Notes: generated from the sequence alone by a model not told the origin. A DNA stretch of 64,000 bases from the human T2T-CHM13v2.0 reference genome, Homo sapiens (GCF_009914755.1 NC_060947.1), one strand, 5' to 3'. Shown: positions 26,889 through 40,387, counted from the stretch's first letter. A program made the numbers and translations.

Positions 26889-29800
26889 CTATCCACTCTA
26901 AGAGGGAATTAAGAGTTACCAGTCCTGGGTGGGGGCAAATCCTCGAGCTTGATGTGTAGGAAAGGGAGGGGGCCTGAATAATCCCTGAGGAGTAGTAGAA
27001 TAGCAGGTGGAACACTGAGAAGTTATTTCCTTGAGGATGGATTTCCATGATGGAAAGGAAATGAGAGGTTCTAAGAGGCAGGCTGGTGGCTTGTACTATA
27101 GCATAGTCTGCCTTTGCTGGTGTGTGGCGATTAGGCCTGGTGGAACTACCATCAATAAACCAAGTGTGTTCAGGGTGAGGAACAGGAAAGAAGGAAATAT
27201 GGGGAAATGGGGTGAATGTCAGGTGGATCAGAGAGATACAGTCATAGGGGTCAGGTGTGGTATCCGGAATACTGTGGAAGGACGGATTGGAGTCTGGGCC
27301 AGGAACAATGGTAATTGTGGGAGACTCAACAAAGAGTGAGTACAGCTGAAGGAGCCGGGGAGCAGAAAGTATATGTGTCAGGTGTGAGGAAGAAAATAGA
27401 TTTTGGAAGTTATGAGAACTGTAGAGAGTTGAGCATAGTTTGTGATTTTAAGGGCCTCTAAAAGTATTAGGGTGGCGGTGGCCACCGCACACAGATATGA
27501 GGGCTGGGCTAAAACAGTAAGGTCAAGTTGTTTGGACAGAAAGGCTACAGGGTGCAGTCCCAGCTCTTGTGTAAGAATGCTGACTGCACTAACCATGCCT
27601 AGGAAGGAAAGGAGTTGTTGTTTTGTAGAAGGTGTTGGGGTTTGAGAGATCAGTCGGACACAATCAGCAGGGAGAGCATGTGTGTTTTTATGAGAATTAT
27701 GCTGAGATAGGTAACAGATGAGGAAGAAATTTGGGCTTGACTGAAGTAATGGGGGCTGTCTGTGAAGGCTTGCAGCAGTACAGCCTAGGTAATTTGCTGA
27801 GCCTAATGGGTGTCAGGGTCAGTCCAAGTGAAAGCAAAGAGAGGCTGGGATGAAGGGTGCAAAGGAATAGTAAAGAAAGCATGTTTGAGATCCAGAACAG
27901 AATAATGGGTTGTGGAGGGAGGTATTGAGGATAGGAGAGTATACGGGTTTGGCACACACGGGGTGGATAGGCAAAACAATTTGCTTGATAAGGCGCAGAT
28001 CCTGAACTAACCTGTAAGGCTTGTCTGGTTTTAGGACAGGTAAAATGGGGGAATTGTAAGGAGAGTTTATAGGCTTTAAAAGGCCATACTGTATCAGGCG
28101 AGTGATAACAGGCTTTAATCCTTTTAAATTGTGCTGCAGGATGGGATATTGGCATTGAGTGGGGTAAGGGTGATTAGGTTTTAATGAGATGGTAAGGGGT
28201 GCATGATCGGTCACCAAGGAGGGAATAGAGGTATGGTATACTTGTGGGCTCAGGTGGGGAGATACAAGGGGAAGATGTGAAGGAGGCTTTGAACTGGGGG
28301 AAAAGGTGGCAATGAAGCATGGCTGTAGCCCAGAAATAGTCAGGGAAGCAGATAATTTAGTTAAAATATCTCAGCCTAATAAGGGAACTGGGCAGGTGGG
28401 GATAACTAAAAGGAGTGCTTAAAAGAGTATTGTCTAAGTTGGCACCAGAGTTGGGGAGTTTTAAGAGGTTTAAGCCTGGCCATCAATACCCACAACAGTT
28501 ATGGAGGCAAAGGAAACAGGCCCTTGAAAAGAAGGTAATGTGGAGTGGGTAGCCTTCGTATTGATTAAGAAGGGGACAGACTTAACTTCCACTGTGAGAG
28601 TTACCTAAAGCATCTGTGATGGTCCAGGAAGCTTCCAAGGTGATTGGGCAGCGTCAGTCTTCAGCTGCTAAGCCAAGAAGATCTGGGAAGGAGTCAGAGA
28701 GCCTTGGGCCAGAGTTCCAGGGGCTCTGGGAGTGGCTGCCAGGTGAGTTGGACAGTCCGATTTCCAGTGGGGTCCCACACAGATGGGACACAGCTTAGGA
28801 GGAATCCCGGGCTGTGGGCATTCCTTGGCCTGGTGGCCAGATTTCCCACATTTGTAGCAAGCTCCTGGCCTGGAGGCGGGCCTGGAGGAATGCCTGGCCG
28901 CTGCAGTTTAGGTGTTTGGAAGTTCTTGTGTGCTGGAGATGTGACTGAGGTTTGTCTCACGGTGGAGGCAAGGAATTGCAACTCAGAAATACATTGCTAC
29001 TTGGCTGCCTCTACTCTATTATTGCACCCCTTGAAGGTAAGGTTAATTAAGTCCTGTTGTGGGGTTTGAGGGCTGGAATTTAATTTTTGGAGCTTTATTG
29101 AATGTCGGGAGCAGATTGGGTAGTAAAATAAAATGCATATTGAGAATAAGATGGCCTTCTGACCTTTCAGGGTCTAGGGCTGTAAAGCATCTCAGGGTTG
29201 CTTCCAAACGAGCCATGAACTGGGCTGGGTTTTTATACTTGATGAAAAAGAGCCTAAACACTAACTGATTTTGGGAGAGGTCGGATAAAGAAAAAGGAGC
29301 ATTAACTTTGATTATGCCTTTAGCTCCAGCCACCTTTTTAAGAGGAAATTGCTGGGGAGGTGGGGAAGGGCCAGTCGTGGAACAAAACTGTAAGCTGGAC
29401 AGGGTGTGAGGAGGGGAGGTGATAAAAGGATTATAGGGTGGGGGAGTGGAGGCTGAGGAAGAATTGGGACCTAGCTCGACCTGGGGAGGAGAGGAGAGGT
29501 CAGATGGTCTGTAGAAAAGGAAGATTAGAAAGACTGAGAGACACTTGGGGTTGGGACTGAGGGGACAGGCGGGAGGGAAAGAAGGAAGATTTGGGAGGAG
29601 TTGCATTGAGAACAGAGACTAGGGAGGGACCGATGTGTAAAAGAATGCCTGGATGTCAGGCACTTCAGACCATTTGCCCATTTTACGACAAGAATTATTT
29701 AGATCCTGTAGGATGGAAAAATTGCAAGTGGCATTTTCTGGCTATTTGGAACAACTGTCGAGGTTGTATTGGGGTCAAGCGGCATTGCAGAAGAAAATAA

Positions 29801-29929
29801 AGCATTTAGGTTTTAGGTCAGGTGTGAGTTGAAGAGGTTTTAGGTTTTTAAGAACACAGGCTAAGGGAGAAGAAGGGGGAATGGAGGGTGGAAGCTTGCC
29901 CATAGTGAAGGAGGCAAGTCCAGAGAAAA

Positions 29930-30305
29930 GAGAGGGTAGAGACATGGAGAGAAGAGATGGGGGGTTCTTTCCCCCCAGAAAAGCAGAGAAGGGGTAGAGA
30001 CATGGAGAGAAGAGATGGGGGGTTCTTGCCCCCCAGAAAAGCAGAGAAGGGGTAGAGACATGGAGAGAAGGGGTTGGGGGATTCCTGCCCCCTAGAAAAG
30101 TGGTACTTGCCACTAAGGGTGAAGGAGAAGGGGTTGGGGGGTTCTTGCCCCCCAGAAAAGTGGAGAAGGGGTAGAGACATGGAGAGAAGGGGTTGGGGGT
30201 TTCTTGCCCACCAGAAAATCAGAGAAGGGGTAGAGACACAGAGAGAAGGGGTTGGGGGGTTCTTGCCCCCCAGAAAAGTGGTACTTGCTGTTAAGGGTGA
30301 AGGAC
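29930..30305. repeat. ~58-59 bp tandem repeat (about 6 units) in the HERV-H leader
   Basis: 'gtagagaca' recurs at about 29936, 29994, 30052, 30171 and 30230; a variant unit recurs about 178 bp apart. Confidence 0.85.
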
Positions 30306-30720
30306 CAAGGCAGGCATCCCCGCGTGGTCAGACACCTCTGAAACTTGGGTGAATAATCAGGCAGCCATCCCCGCACGATTAAACACCAAGGGAAGACTGT
30401 CTTCCTGAGTCCGTGACCGGCGCCGGAGTTTTAGGTCCACAGATAAAATGCGTCTCCTTCATCTCTACCAGAAAAGGAAAGGAACTGAAATTAAGAGAAG
30501 GGTGAGATTGAAGTGTGGCACCAAGATTGAAAGGAGAAAGAGGTTGAGGGATAGTGAGAGAGGTTGGAGAAGAGAGTAAAAAGAGGCCACTTACCAGATT
30601 TAAAATTGGTGAGATGTTCCTTGGGCTGGTTGGTCTGATGACCAGAGATCATAGGTGGATCTTTCTCACAGAACAAAGAGCAGGAGGACAGGGGATTGAT
30701 CTCCCAAGGGAAGTCCCCCA

Positions 30721-30738
30721 ATCCGAGTCACGGCACCA
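30721..30738 (-). promoter_or_regulatory. Primer-binding site for tRNA-His
   Basis: Minus strand TGGTGCCGTGACTCGGAT just downstream of the 5' LTR. Confidence 0.95.
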
Positions 30739-30741
30739 AAA

Positions 30742-31157
30742 TTTCACTTGCATCCGTATGAAGAGACCACCAAACAGGCTTTGTGTGACCAACGAGGCTG
30801 TTTATTTCACATGGGTGCAGGCAGGCTGAGTCCAAAAAGAGAGTCAGCGAAGGGAGATAAGGGTGGGGCCATTTTATGAGATTTGGGTAGGTAAAGGAAA
30901 ATTACAGTCAAAGGGGGGTTGTTCTCTGGCAGGCAGGAGTGGGGGGGTCACAAGGTGCTCAGTAGGGGAGCTTTTGAGCCAGGATGAGCCAGGAGAAGGA
31001 ATTTCACAAGATAATGTCATCGGTTAAGGCAGGAACAGAGCATTTTCACTTCTTTTGTGGTGGAATGTCATCAGTTAAGGCAGGAACCGGCCATCTGGAT
31101 GTGTACATGCAGGTCACAGGGGATGTGATGGCTTGGCTTGGGCTCAGAGGCCTGACA
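30742..31157 (-). promoter_or_regulatory. HERV-H 5' LTR (LTR7 type I) with altered TATA box
   Basis: Roughly 92-93% identical to the 3' LTR by eye; CATAAAA at 30872-30878. Confidence 0.93.
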
Positions 31158-32416
31158 GGAGCAAAGGCCACTCTTGCTATGCTTTAACAAAGAGACTGGC
31201 AATATATTGCCCCTGCCCTAAAAATATGTGGAATTTTGAACTTGAGAGGTGATCTGAAATTAAACCTTACGTTTAAAAGGGAAGCAGAGCATAAAAGTTT
31301 GGAAAATTTGCAGCCTGACAATGCGATAAAAAAGAAAAACACCAATTTCTGGGGAGAAATTTAAGCCCACTGCATAAATTTGCATAAGAAAAGAGGTTAA
31401 TCACCAAGACAATGAAGAAAATGTCTCCAAGGCATGTCAGAGATCTTAATGGCAGCCCCTCCCTTCATAGGTCCTGAAGCCTAGGAGGAAAAAATAGATT
31501 GTGGGTCAGGCCCAGGGCTCCACTGCTGTGTGCAGCCTGGTGACTTGGTGACCTGTGTCCCTGCTGCTCCAGCTCCAGCCATGGTGAAAATGGGCCAAGG
31601 TACAGCTTGAGGCATTGCTTCAGAGGGTGCAGGCCCCACGCCTTGGCCGCTTCCACGTGGCGTTGAGCCTGCAAGTACACAGAAGTCAAAAATTGGGGTT
31701 TGGGAGCCTCCACCTAAATTTCAGAGGATGTATGGAAATGCCTGGATGTCCAGATGAAGTTTACTGCAGGGGCGGGGATCTCATGGAGAACCTCTGCTCA
31801 GGCAGTGCAGAAGGGAAAAGTGGGATTGGACCCCCTACACAGAGTGCCAACTGGGACACTGCCTAGTAGAGCTGTGAGAAGAGGGCCACCGTCCTCTGAC
31901 CCCAGAATGGTAGATTCACTGACAGCTTGCACTGTCCACCTGGAAAAGTGCAGACACTCAATGCTAGACTATGAAGGAGCTGTCCGAGTCTGTGGGAGCC
32001 CACCCCTTATATCAGCATGCACAGAATGTGAGACATGGAGTCAAAAAATATCATTTTGAAGCTTTAGGATTTAATGACTGACCTTCTGGATTTTGGACTT
32101 GTATAGGGCCTGTAGCCCCTGTTTTTTGGCCAAGTTTTTTTTATTTGGAATTGGAGCATTTACTTCATGCCTGTACCTCCATTGTATCTAGGAAGCAACT
32201 AATTTGCTTTTGATTTTACAGGCTTATAGGCAGAAGGGACTTGCCTTGTCTCAGATGAAACTTTGGCTTGTGGACTTTTGAGTTAATGCTGAAATGAGTT
32301 AGGATTTTGGGGAACTGTTTGGAAGGCATGGTTGGTTTTGAAATCTGAAAAGACATGAGATTTTGGAGGAGCTAGGGGTGGAATAATATGGTTTGGCTCT
32401 GTGTTCCCACCCAAAT

Positions 32417-33108
32417 TGTCACTGGTAGTTAGGCATGAGTGGGGCAGGAGAGAGCTCTTCCCCCACCCACTAGAAATGTCAGGTGATAGTTCAGCAATTA
32501 TCACATTGCCTCTCTAAACATGATAATTCAGCAACACCAGGGAGAGAGGCAATTTCATGATGGTCCATACCTGTTAACATCAAAATCTTAATTGAAGGCA
32601 GGTCCCAGGGAGAAACAACTTCCTGGGCATGTATATTAAAATACAAAAATGATGAAGTGTGGTCTTCTGAGTACACTCTACCAGAAAAAGGAAGAAAACC
32701 TCAGATGGACATGTTTAGAACTCCCTAAACACACTGTGCATGCTCACTTCCTAAGGGTAAGGGCGGCCCTGTGCATGAAGAAAACCCACCCTAAGAGAAG
32801 AATCATGGGAAAAAGGTGAATTTATAAAAATCCTAGAATCCCAGTTAAAGAGGGCACTTGACCTTCTGTCTTTAACCTTCACATGCCCACTTCAGTCTTT
32901 TCCAAGTGCATCTTCCTTTCTTTCCTGTTCTGAGACCTTTTTATATAAACTTCCATTTTTGCCCTGGAACTTGCCTTGGTGTCTTTTTCTGCTTTATGGC
33001 CCTCAGTCGAATTCTTCCTTCTGAGGAGCCAAGGAGTGAAGTTGCTGTGGACCCATAAGAATAGGCTGCTGGTAACATGGGGTAACTCAGATCTCTTCCA
33101 CGGTAACA
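32417..33108 (+). mobile_element. MER50-like ERV1 solo LTR inside the THE1 3' LTR
   Basis: TG..CA ends (tgtcactggtagttaggcatgag..ggtaaca); 4-bp imperfect TSD aaat/aaac; THE1 LTR resumes at 33113. Confidence 0.8.
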
Positions 33109-34079
33109 AAACTTCATCTCTTATTGTAATCCTCATGTGTCAAGGGAGTAACCTATAATCCCCACATGTTGAGGGAGGGAGCTGTTGGATCATGGGTGCA
33201 GTTTCCCCCATGCTATTTTCATGAGTGAGTTCTCATGAGATCTTATGGTTTTATAAACATCTGTCATTTCCTCTGCTTGCAATTCTCTCTCCTGTCACCA
33301 TGTGAAGAAGGTTCTTAATTCCCCTTGCCTTCTGCCATGATTGAAAGCTTCCTGAGTTCTCCCCAGTCATGTAGGACTGAGTCAATTAAACCTCTTTCCT
33401 TATAGATTACCCAGTCTCAGGTATTTCTTTATAGCAGTGTGAAAATGGACTAATATAAATAGACATCGGGGTTTTTTTATGGGTGGAGGTGTGTAGAGGG
33501 TGAGGATTAAAACAATACCTATCAGATTTCATGTTTATTAGCTGGGTGATAAAATAATCTATATACCAAACCCCTGCAATATGGAATTTACCTATGTAAC
33601 AAATCTTCACATGTATGCCAAATTAAAATAAAAGTTTAAAAATAGAAAATAAAAAACAAGTTAAATTAAAAAGCAGTTCAAAAACTCAGACCTACATCGA
33701 TATTCCTATTAAAGTCTCAGAGAAAATAATGATCTCTAGCATCAGTTGACACTTTGCTATTTGTCCTGCAGTAGAAATAATTGTGTTTTGTCAGACATGC
33801 ATTCTATAGCATCCCAAAAGGTGAAGGCCATCAACCTGCAGCCAGCTAGCACACCCATAAGTGGTTTGTCATCAAAGCCTATGACACATATGATGCATAT
33901 GGAGAATCCCAAATTCTGAATTAAAATGGCAAACTAAGTCCAATCTCAAATATCAATGATATGTCTGCACATTTTAGCACCATATAATTGCTTTTCAGGT
34001 GTTTTTTTCTCAGTGCCACTGGTTTATGTATAAAAATTTTATACATAAAATTTTATACATAAAATTATTCATAAAAATA

Positions 34080-35340
34080 AATGTTTTATTACTTTAGCAA
34101 ACAGAGAAAAGACAGAATTGCAGATCTATAGATGATCTACAATTCTGTGTTAGTAGATAAGTACTTAAAATAACTATGACTAAAACATTAATGCATGTGG
34201 ATAAAAAGGTAACAAATAAAAATAAAAAATCTTACAAATAATTGGAAACCTTAAAAAATCAAGTGGACAGTATTGGGTGGCTGTGGGAGAATTACGAATT
34301 GTTAATGGGTACAAAAACAGAAAGATTAAATAAGACCTATTTGATAGCACAACAGGTTGATTATAGTCAATAATAACTTAGTTATACATTTTAAAATAAC
34401 TTAAAACATGTAATTGGATTGTTTGTAGCTCAAAGGATAAATGCTTGAGGGGATGGATACCCCATTTTTCATAATGTGATTATTACACATTGCATGCCTG
34501 TATCAAAACATTTCAGGTACCCCATAAGTATATACACCTACTATGTACTCACGAAAATTACAAATAAAAAATTAAAAATCAAATTGACTCTCTGGAACTG
34601 AAAATCTAATATCTGTAGTTTAACAACAGAATCCACACAAACAGAAGACAAGATTAACAAATGTGAGGACAAGTCAATATAAAACATGGAAAAGAATAAT
34701 GGAAAATAAAATTGTAGAAATAAAGAATAGGGGAAGAAAAACAACATACAAGACAGAACACAATCACGTTGTTAAAATATACGTAATTTTCATCTTAAGT
34801 ATATAGGAGAGAGAGGAAATGGGAAATAAACAGTATTTGAAAAGAAAATCATAAATAATTTTCCAAATATGATGAAATGTTGCATCTTAAAGATTCATAA
34901 TGCACAGCAAATTCCAAACAAAATAGCTGCAAATAAAACCACACTTAGGTTTATCATGGTCAAACTGCTGAAAACTAGTCATAAAGGTAAAAATCTTCAA
35001 ATAATTCAAAAGAAAAAGACTACCTTAAAAGGAAGAACAAAAAAAAAATGGAGAACTAGAATTTCAATAGAAACTATGAAAGCCAAAACTCAATGTAACG
35101 TCATCTTTAAAAATACAGAAATACTTCAGACATAGATTTTCAATCCTAGAAAAGTGTACCTTCAAAAATAAAGGCAAAGAAGGGCATTATCACAGAAGCA
35201 AAAGATGAAAGAATTTACTGATGACACATTTGTATTTCAGGAAATACTAAATAAGATTATTAAAATTGAGGAAAATAATCCCAGAAATAACTTCAGGAAT
35301 TAATGAAGATCACCTAAATAGGCAAATGTGTAGCTAAAGT
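34080..35340 (+). mobile_element. Ancient L1M ORF1-region fragment
   Basis: ORF 34869-35135 resembles L1 ORF1 ('TTLRFIMVKLLKT..K'). Confidence 0.6.
34269..34573 (+). mobile_element. L1MA 3'-end fragment
   Basis: 'tttgatagcacaacagg..gcttgaggggatggatacccc..' with an A-rich tail; degenerate TSD aaaaatcaa(g/a)t(g/t)gac. Confidence 0.8.
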
Positions 35341-35961
35341 ATCTTTGATCCACTTTGGTGACATCAAACCCAACTTAAACTCTAAGGGAATTCTTAAGTG
35401 TAAAGACCTGCAATCACAGAATATTATGCTAGAAGAGACCTTTGAAAGCATTTAGTCCAACTCACCTTATTTGACAGATATGAGTAAATGTTTTTTGCAG
35501 ATGAATTAGTTATCTGGTTAGAACTGGAAATAAATCCCAATTTGTAATGATTCTAACCCTCAAGTTCTAACATTCTGAGCTCCAGTCCCTTCACAACCTC
35601 CTAGGCCTTTAAATTCTCTTGGGACAACCTGTTGTCATTATGTATAGCCTCTGGTTACTTTTCATTTTCTATACTGGCCATGCCCAATTAACTGTATAAT
35701 CATTCTCTGCACCAAGGATCTTGAAGACATAACCTCTGAGCCTCTTGAACCATCTGGAATGTCAATTTCCTGTAGGGTTTTTTTTTTTTTGGATCTTGAA
35801 CAATAGATCTTGAATCAAGAATATTCCACATTCACAGATGAATATGTGCTAATTCTAGAGTAGGTAAATTATTTGTGAGGGTTCTTGACTATAGCAGGGG
35901 CTCAAATCAGACCCAGCTGCTGTAGCAGTCGTATCTTCACCACTTGCATTCTTAGGTATAG

Positions 35962-36390
35962 TGTGATGAGACAGAAAACTTGTGCAAGTCTACAAGTAAT
36001 AAAGAACCTTTATTACTCATAGATAGGGGGTAAGAATCAACAGAAATATATGAGCTATGGCAAGCTGGCCCTCCAATGCTCAAGAAACCTATGCAAGGTG
36101 GATGGAGTAGCATCTACACATGCCCCAGTTTGCACAACAGCTTTGGGATCCCAAAAGCCCTCTGCTCTGGTTTTATACTCTAGAGGCAAATTGTTGGCAC
36201 ACTAAGTCCAAGTGTTGTGGGATATCCAGTTCTATGAGTGATGGGGACAAAGCCAGGGCTGTTCTATGCCATTCCTTTTTATCTCAGGATTTTGTATTAT
36301 CAGCACATTTTACAGTTATCCTGAGAAATACAAGCAGGAGCGGGAGAGCTAGGTCAGCCCAGAGTACCCAGGGACCTATCATCCTGCAAT
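35962..36390 (-). mobile_element. Probable old LTR, family unassigned
   Basis: TG start, antisense AATAAA near 36009, antisense TATA near 36172, about 430 bp. Confidence 0.4.
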
Positions 36391-37971
36391 AATATTTCCC
36401 CCAATAAGTTTTTGTGCTTGGAGATAAAAAGGATGTTCTAATACACTAATTATAGTGGCTAGGAGAAGATTGAGTTATTGAAAATATAGCCTTGACAGCT
36501 TGTCCTAACCACTCCCTCTTGTCAATCAAGCAGTACAATTTGATCAGTTGATACTAAAATATGCACATATTTAGGATTTTTTGTTGCCATACAACATTGA
36601 GCATAAACACTTCTAATCCAGTGGCTTTAGAAAAATAACACTTTTGTAAAACAAATGTTGTTTGATATTTGCTCTTATATTAGACATGAGTTTCTACAGT
36701 GGATTCATTTTGACTACATTTCACTCTATAAAAGCTATCATTTTAAGTGTAATATATGTTTCATTTTACTGTTTTGAGGCTGAGTGGCAGCCAATCCTTT
36801 GGTTATGTCCCTCTGACTCTGCTGACCTCAATTCGTGGAACTGTTATCTTTTGATTGTGTATACTAGCTGGTACACCTGCGTTCATTGCCCTGCTGTGTG
36901 AAATAGATGCTTAGCAGCCAGGAATTCTGTAATTCTGGGAAAAGCCTTTTCTAATTTGTTTCTGTTTGTGACCTAAACCACTAGCATGCAGGAATCAATT
37001 ATTCCTTTATTTATTTATTCATCTACCATTTATTGAGACAATACTAACACAATATTAGACAAGGATAAGTCACTTCATTTTTATACAGAGAAGTTGTGGA
37101 TTGATGTACTGATTCTGCTACTTACTAACTAGTAAATTAGATTTTGAGTAAACCATGTAAACTCTCTGAGACTGTTTTCTCTTCAAGAAAATGGGAATAG
37201 CTACTATAAGTAAAATAAACTATTACTTGATCTTTACAATTCTGAACAAGATAAATCATAAGAGAATATTACTCACAAACTTCCAGTCTATGATTCTATG
37301 TATATCATAGCAGGTCTATCTTCTTAGCCTGTCATTTGAATTAAAGAACAAAGAGACATAAGATTGACAGAAACTGAACATCAATATTCATGATGCTGTT
37401 GCATTGAGACAGAGCATTTATGATATTTTCTTAAGCTGTTATGTCTGGTTTATAATGAGTATCCCAGAATAAGCAAAATGGTAGACATTCAAGTCTCCAA
37501 AGAGCCATTCAGCTCTATGCATCTGTCTAAATTTGAATAATGAAGTTCTTCATGAATGAAAAGGAAAACCAAGGAAACGAGAGCTAAGTATATTATGTGC
37601 TTATATGGAGAAAATTTAAGAATGATTCTCCTGCTTCTTAAAATTGTGTCTACGAATTTACACAGATATACATCTATACCATATGTGATCACCAAAAGTT
37701 CAGAGTGAAATGAAACCCCTTTGTGCCCTTTTGGTCCTTAAATGGGGCAAAGGTAAGGTCATATTTAGTTTCTACTCTCTAGGGTGCTTTAGCAGCATCT
37801 GCAAACATCACATCTTTAAAAATACTGGAGTTGTATTTTAAGTTCGGTTGCACAATCTTTACATACAGAGTCAGAGACATGCAGAAAAAAAATAAAAGAG
37901 TATGGAAGGGATGCTGTCTTGGCATGAAAATATCCTGGTTCTTCTACTCTTGAAAGGATCATAGTCTAAGG

Positions 37972-38189
37972 TCTATCTCTACCTATCTATCTATATCTAT
38001 ATCTATATCTATATCTATATCTATATCTATATCTATCTATATCTATCTATCTGTCTGTCAAGAGAGACAGAGAGAGTGGTCCAAAAATCTGTAGCTAGCA
38101 AGCAAGAAACCCAGGAGAGCTCCTTATAGATATATAGAGAGAGATGTGTATATACATATATATGTGTATATAGATTTATAGATAGAGAG

Positions 38190-38240
<51 letters not shown>

Positions 38241-38624
38241 TTTACCATAAGGAATTGGTTCACATTATTATGGAAGCTGACAGGTCCAAAAATCTGTAGT
38301 CAGCAAGCTAGAAACCCAGGAGAGCTGATTGTTTAGTTCTGGTCCAAAGGCAGAAAAAGGCCTTTGTTCTACTGCTAAGGAAATCAGGTTGAAGGAGTTC
38401 CCTCTTGTTTGGGAAAGGGTCAGCCTTTTATTGTATTCAGGCCTTCACCTGATTGAATGAACCCCCCCCCCAACATTCATGAGAGCAATATGCTTTACTC
38501 AGTCTATCTATATGAATGTTAAACTCATCCAAAAACACCTTCACAGAAGCACCTGGAGGAGTGTCTTACCAAATATCTGGACACTTCTTAGACCAGAAGA
38601 ATTGACATAAAATTAACCATCACA
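37972..38624 (-). mobile_element. MLT2-type ERVL LTR with expanded (TCTATA)n, (TA)n and (GA)n microsatellites
   Basis: 'ggaattgg..attatggaagctgac', 'caggccttcacctgattg', ends 'taaaattaaccatcaca'. Confidence 0.85.
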
Positions 38625-39317
38625 AGGATTCAGAGATCAAGTCCAAGATGCTATCAGGAAAACATCACTTGGTAAAGATGAACTAAGGGTTTTAACTGTG
38701 AAACATTTTGTGAATATCTCAGAGATATTTAAGATAGTTTTTACCCTTTGAAACCGACCCTTTGAAACAGAAAAAAGGCCTTCAAAGAGATATAGTTGCA
38801 GATAGCTTAGAAAATCACAGTCTGTCACATGTCAGTAGATTTTCTCCTGAACTTTATCCCACCTTTCTGATCAATACCTCATTTCCCTATAATGGCTTTC
38901 CCTTTCTCAAGCCATTTGTCAATATAACAAGTTCTGGCTTCTTTTACAGAATATAAACATTATAAAATCTTAATTTTTTAAAATGTCCAATGTTTTCCAG
39001 TATAAAACAGTATAAAACAACACAGCAAAACTGAGCCATGGCATTGTTTTATATTAATGTTTAACAAAGTGTCTTTTCATAACCCAAATTATTTTCTGCA
39101 TGTTCTATTGCCTGGGGCTATAGAGGTCAAATAATAATTCAAACTCCAAATTTAAGCAGTTAATATTTTACTTAATATTTTCATATTTTAATAAGCTTAC
39201 AATGTCAGTTATTTCCAGGTCTATATAGAATGAAGGGAGCTTTAAACCTCAACAATACATTAATGTATTCCAGTTTACAAGCCCTTCGACCCCATAAAAC
39301 CCTGTAGACCTGAATTT

Positions 39318-40387
39318 TTTTTTTGTTCTACTTTTATTTTAGATTCCAGAGGTACATGTGCAGGTTTCTTACATGGGTAAATTGCATTTTTCTAAGGCCT
39401 GATGGAGGAATAATCCTGTCACCCAGGTAGTGAGCATAATACCCACAGGTAGCCTTCCAACTCCTCCCCCCTCCCAAGAAGTTCCCAGTATCTATTGTTC
39501 TGAGCCTTGTGTCCATGTCTATTCAATGTTTAGCTCTCTCATATAACTGACAGCATGTGTTATTCAGTTTTCAGTTTCTGGATTAGTTTGCTTAGAATAA
39601 TGGCATCCAGCTACATCCATGGTGCTGCAAATGAAATGATTTTATACTTTTTATGGCTGCATAGTATTCCATGGTATGTTTATCATCTTTTATTTATCCA
39701 GTCCACTATTGTTGGCATCTTGGTTTATTACATGTCTTTGCTATTGTGAATCATGCTGCAATGAACATATGAGTGCATGTGTCTTTGGTAGAACAATTTA
39801 TTTTCCTTTGGGTATATACCCAATTGTGGGATTGCTTGGTCAATTTGTTTTTAAGTTCTTTGAGAAATCTCCACATTGCTTTCCATGGTGGTTCAACTAA
39901 TTTTCATTCCCATCAGCAGTGTATAAGCATACCCTTTTCTCCTTAACCTCCCCAGCATCTGTTTTTTATTTGTTTTTTAACTTTTTAATAATAGCCATTC
40001 TGACTGGTGTGAGATGGTATCTCATTTTACCTTCGATTTGCATTTCTCTAATGATTAGTGGTTATGATCATTTTTTCATGTTTGTTGGCCACATGTATGC
40101 CTTCTTTTGAGAGTGCCTGTTCATGCTCTTTGCCCAATTTTTAATGAGGTTATTTGTATTTTGCTTTTTAATTTGTTTAAATTCCTTATAAATTCTGGAT
40201 ATTAGACCTTTGTCAAATGCATATTTCTGAATATTTTCTCCCATTCTGTAGGTTGTCTGTTTACTCTGTTGATAGTTTCTTTTGGTGGGCAGAAGCTCCT
40301 TAGTTTAATTAGGTCCTACTTATCAATTTTTATTTTTCTTACAATTGCTTTTGTGGACTTAGTAATAAATTTGTTGCCAAAGACAAT
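39318..40387 (-). mobile_element. 5'-truncated old L1PA/PB insertion (~1.07 kb)
   Basis: 13-bp TSD tagacctgaattt at 39305-39317 and 40388-40400; T-tail; 3'UTR. Confidence 0.9.

Larger units (their letters stand above)
24755..31157 (-). mobile_element. HERV-H provirus (6.4 kb) with two LTR7-type LTRs, degraded gag/pol and a retained env region
   Basis: 5-bp TSD ggagc at 24750-24754 and 31158-31162; tRNA-His PBS; PPT about 25170-25182; RT fragment '[24 protein letters not shown]' (27819-28217). Confidence 0.97.
23738..33457 (+). mobile_element. Complete THE1D-like MaLR provirus: 5' LTR 23738-24503, internal region, 3' LTR 32384-33457
   Basis: 5-bp TSD aatag at 23733-23737 and 33458-33462; both LTRs share an internal duplication of 'tgtaatcccca..gagggag'; polypurine tract before 32384; THE1-int start 'gtaaattg..'. 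Confidence 0.92.

Noticed and set aside
29930-30305. CRISPR-like array (also considered for 54870-55612)
   Set aside because: The units are tandem with no unique spacers, lie inside retroelements in primate DNA, and have no cas genes nearby.
30721-30738. tRNA-His gene
   Set aside because: Only the 18-nt primer-binding complement is present.
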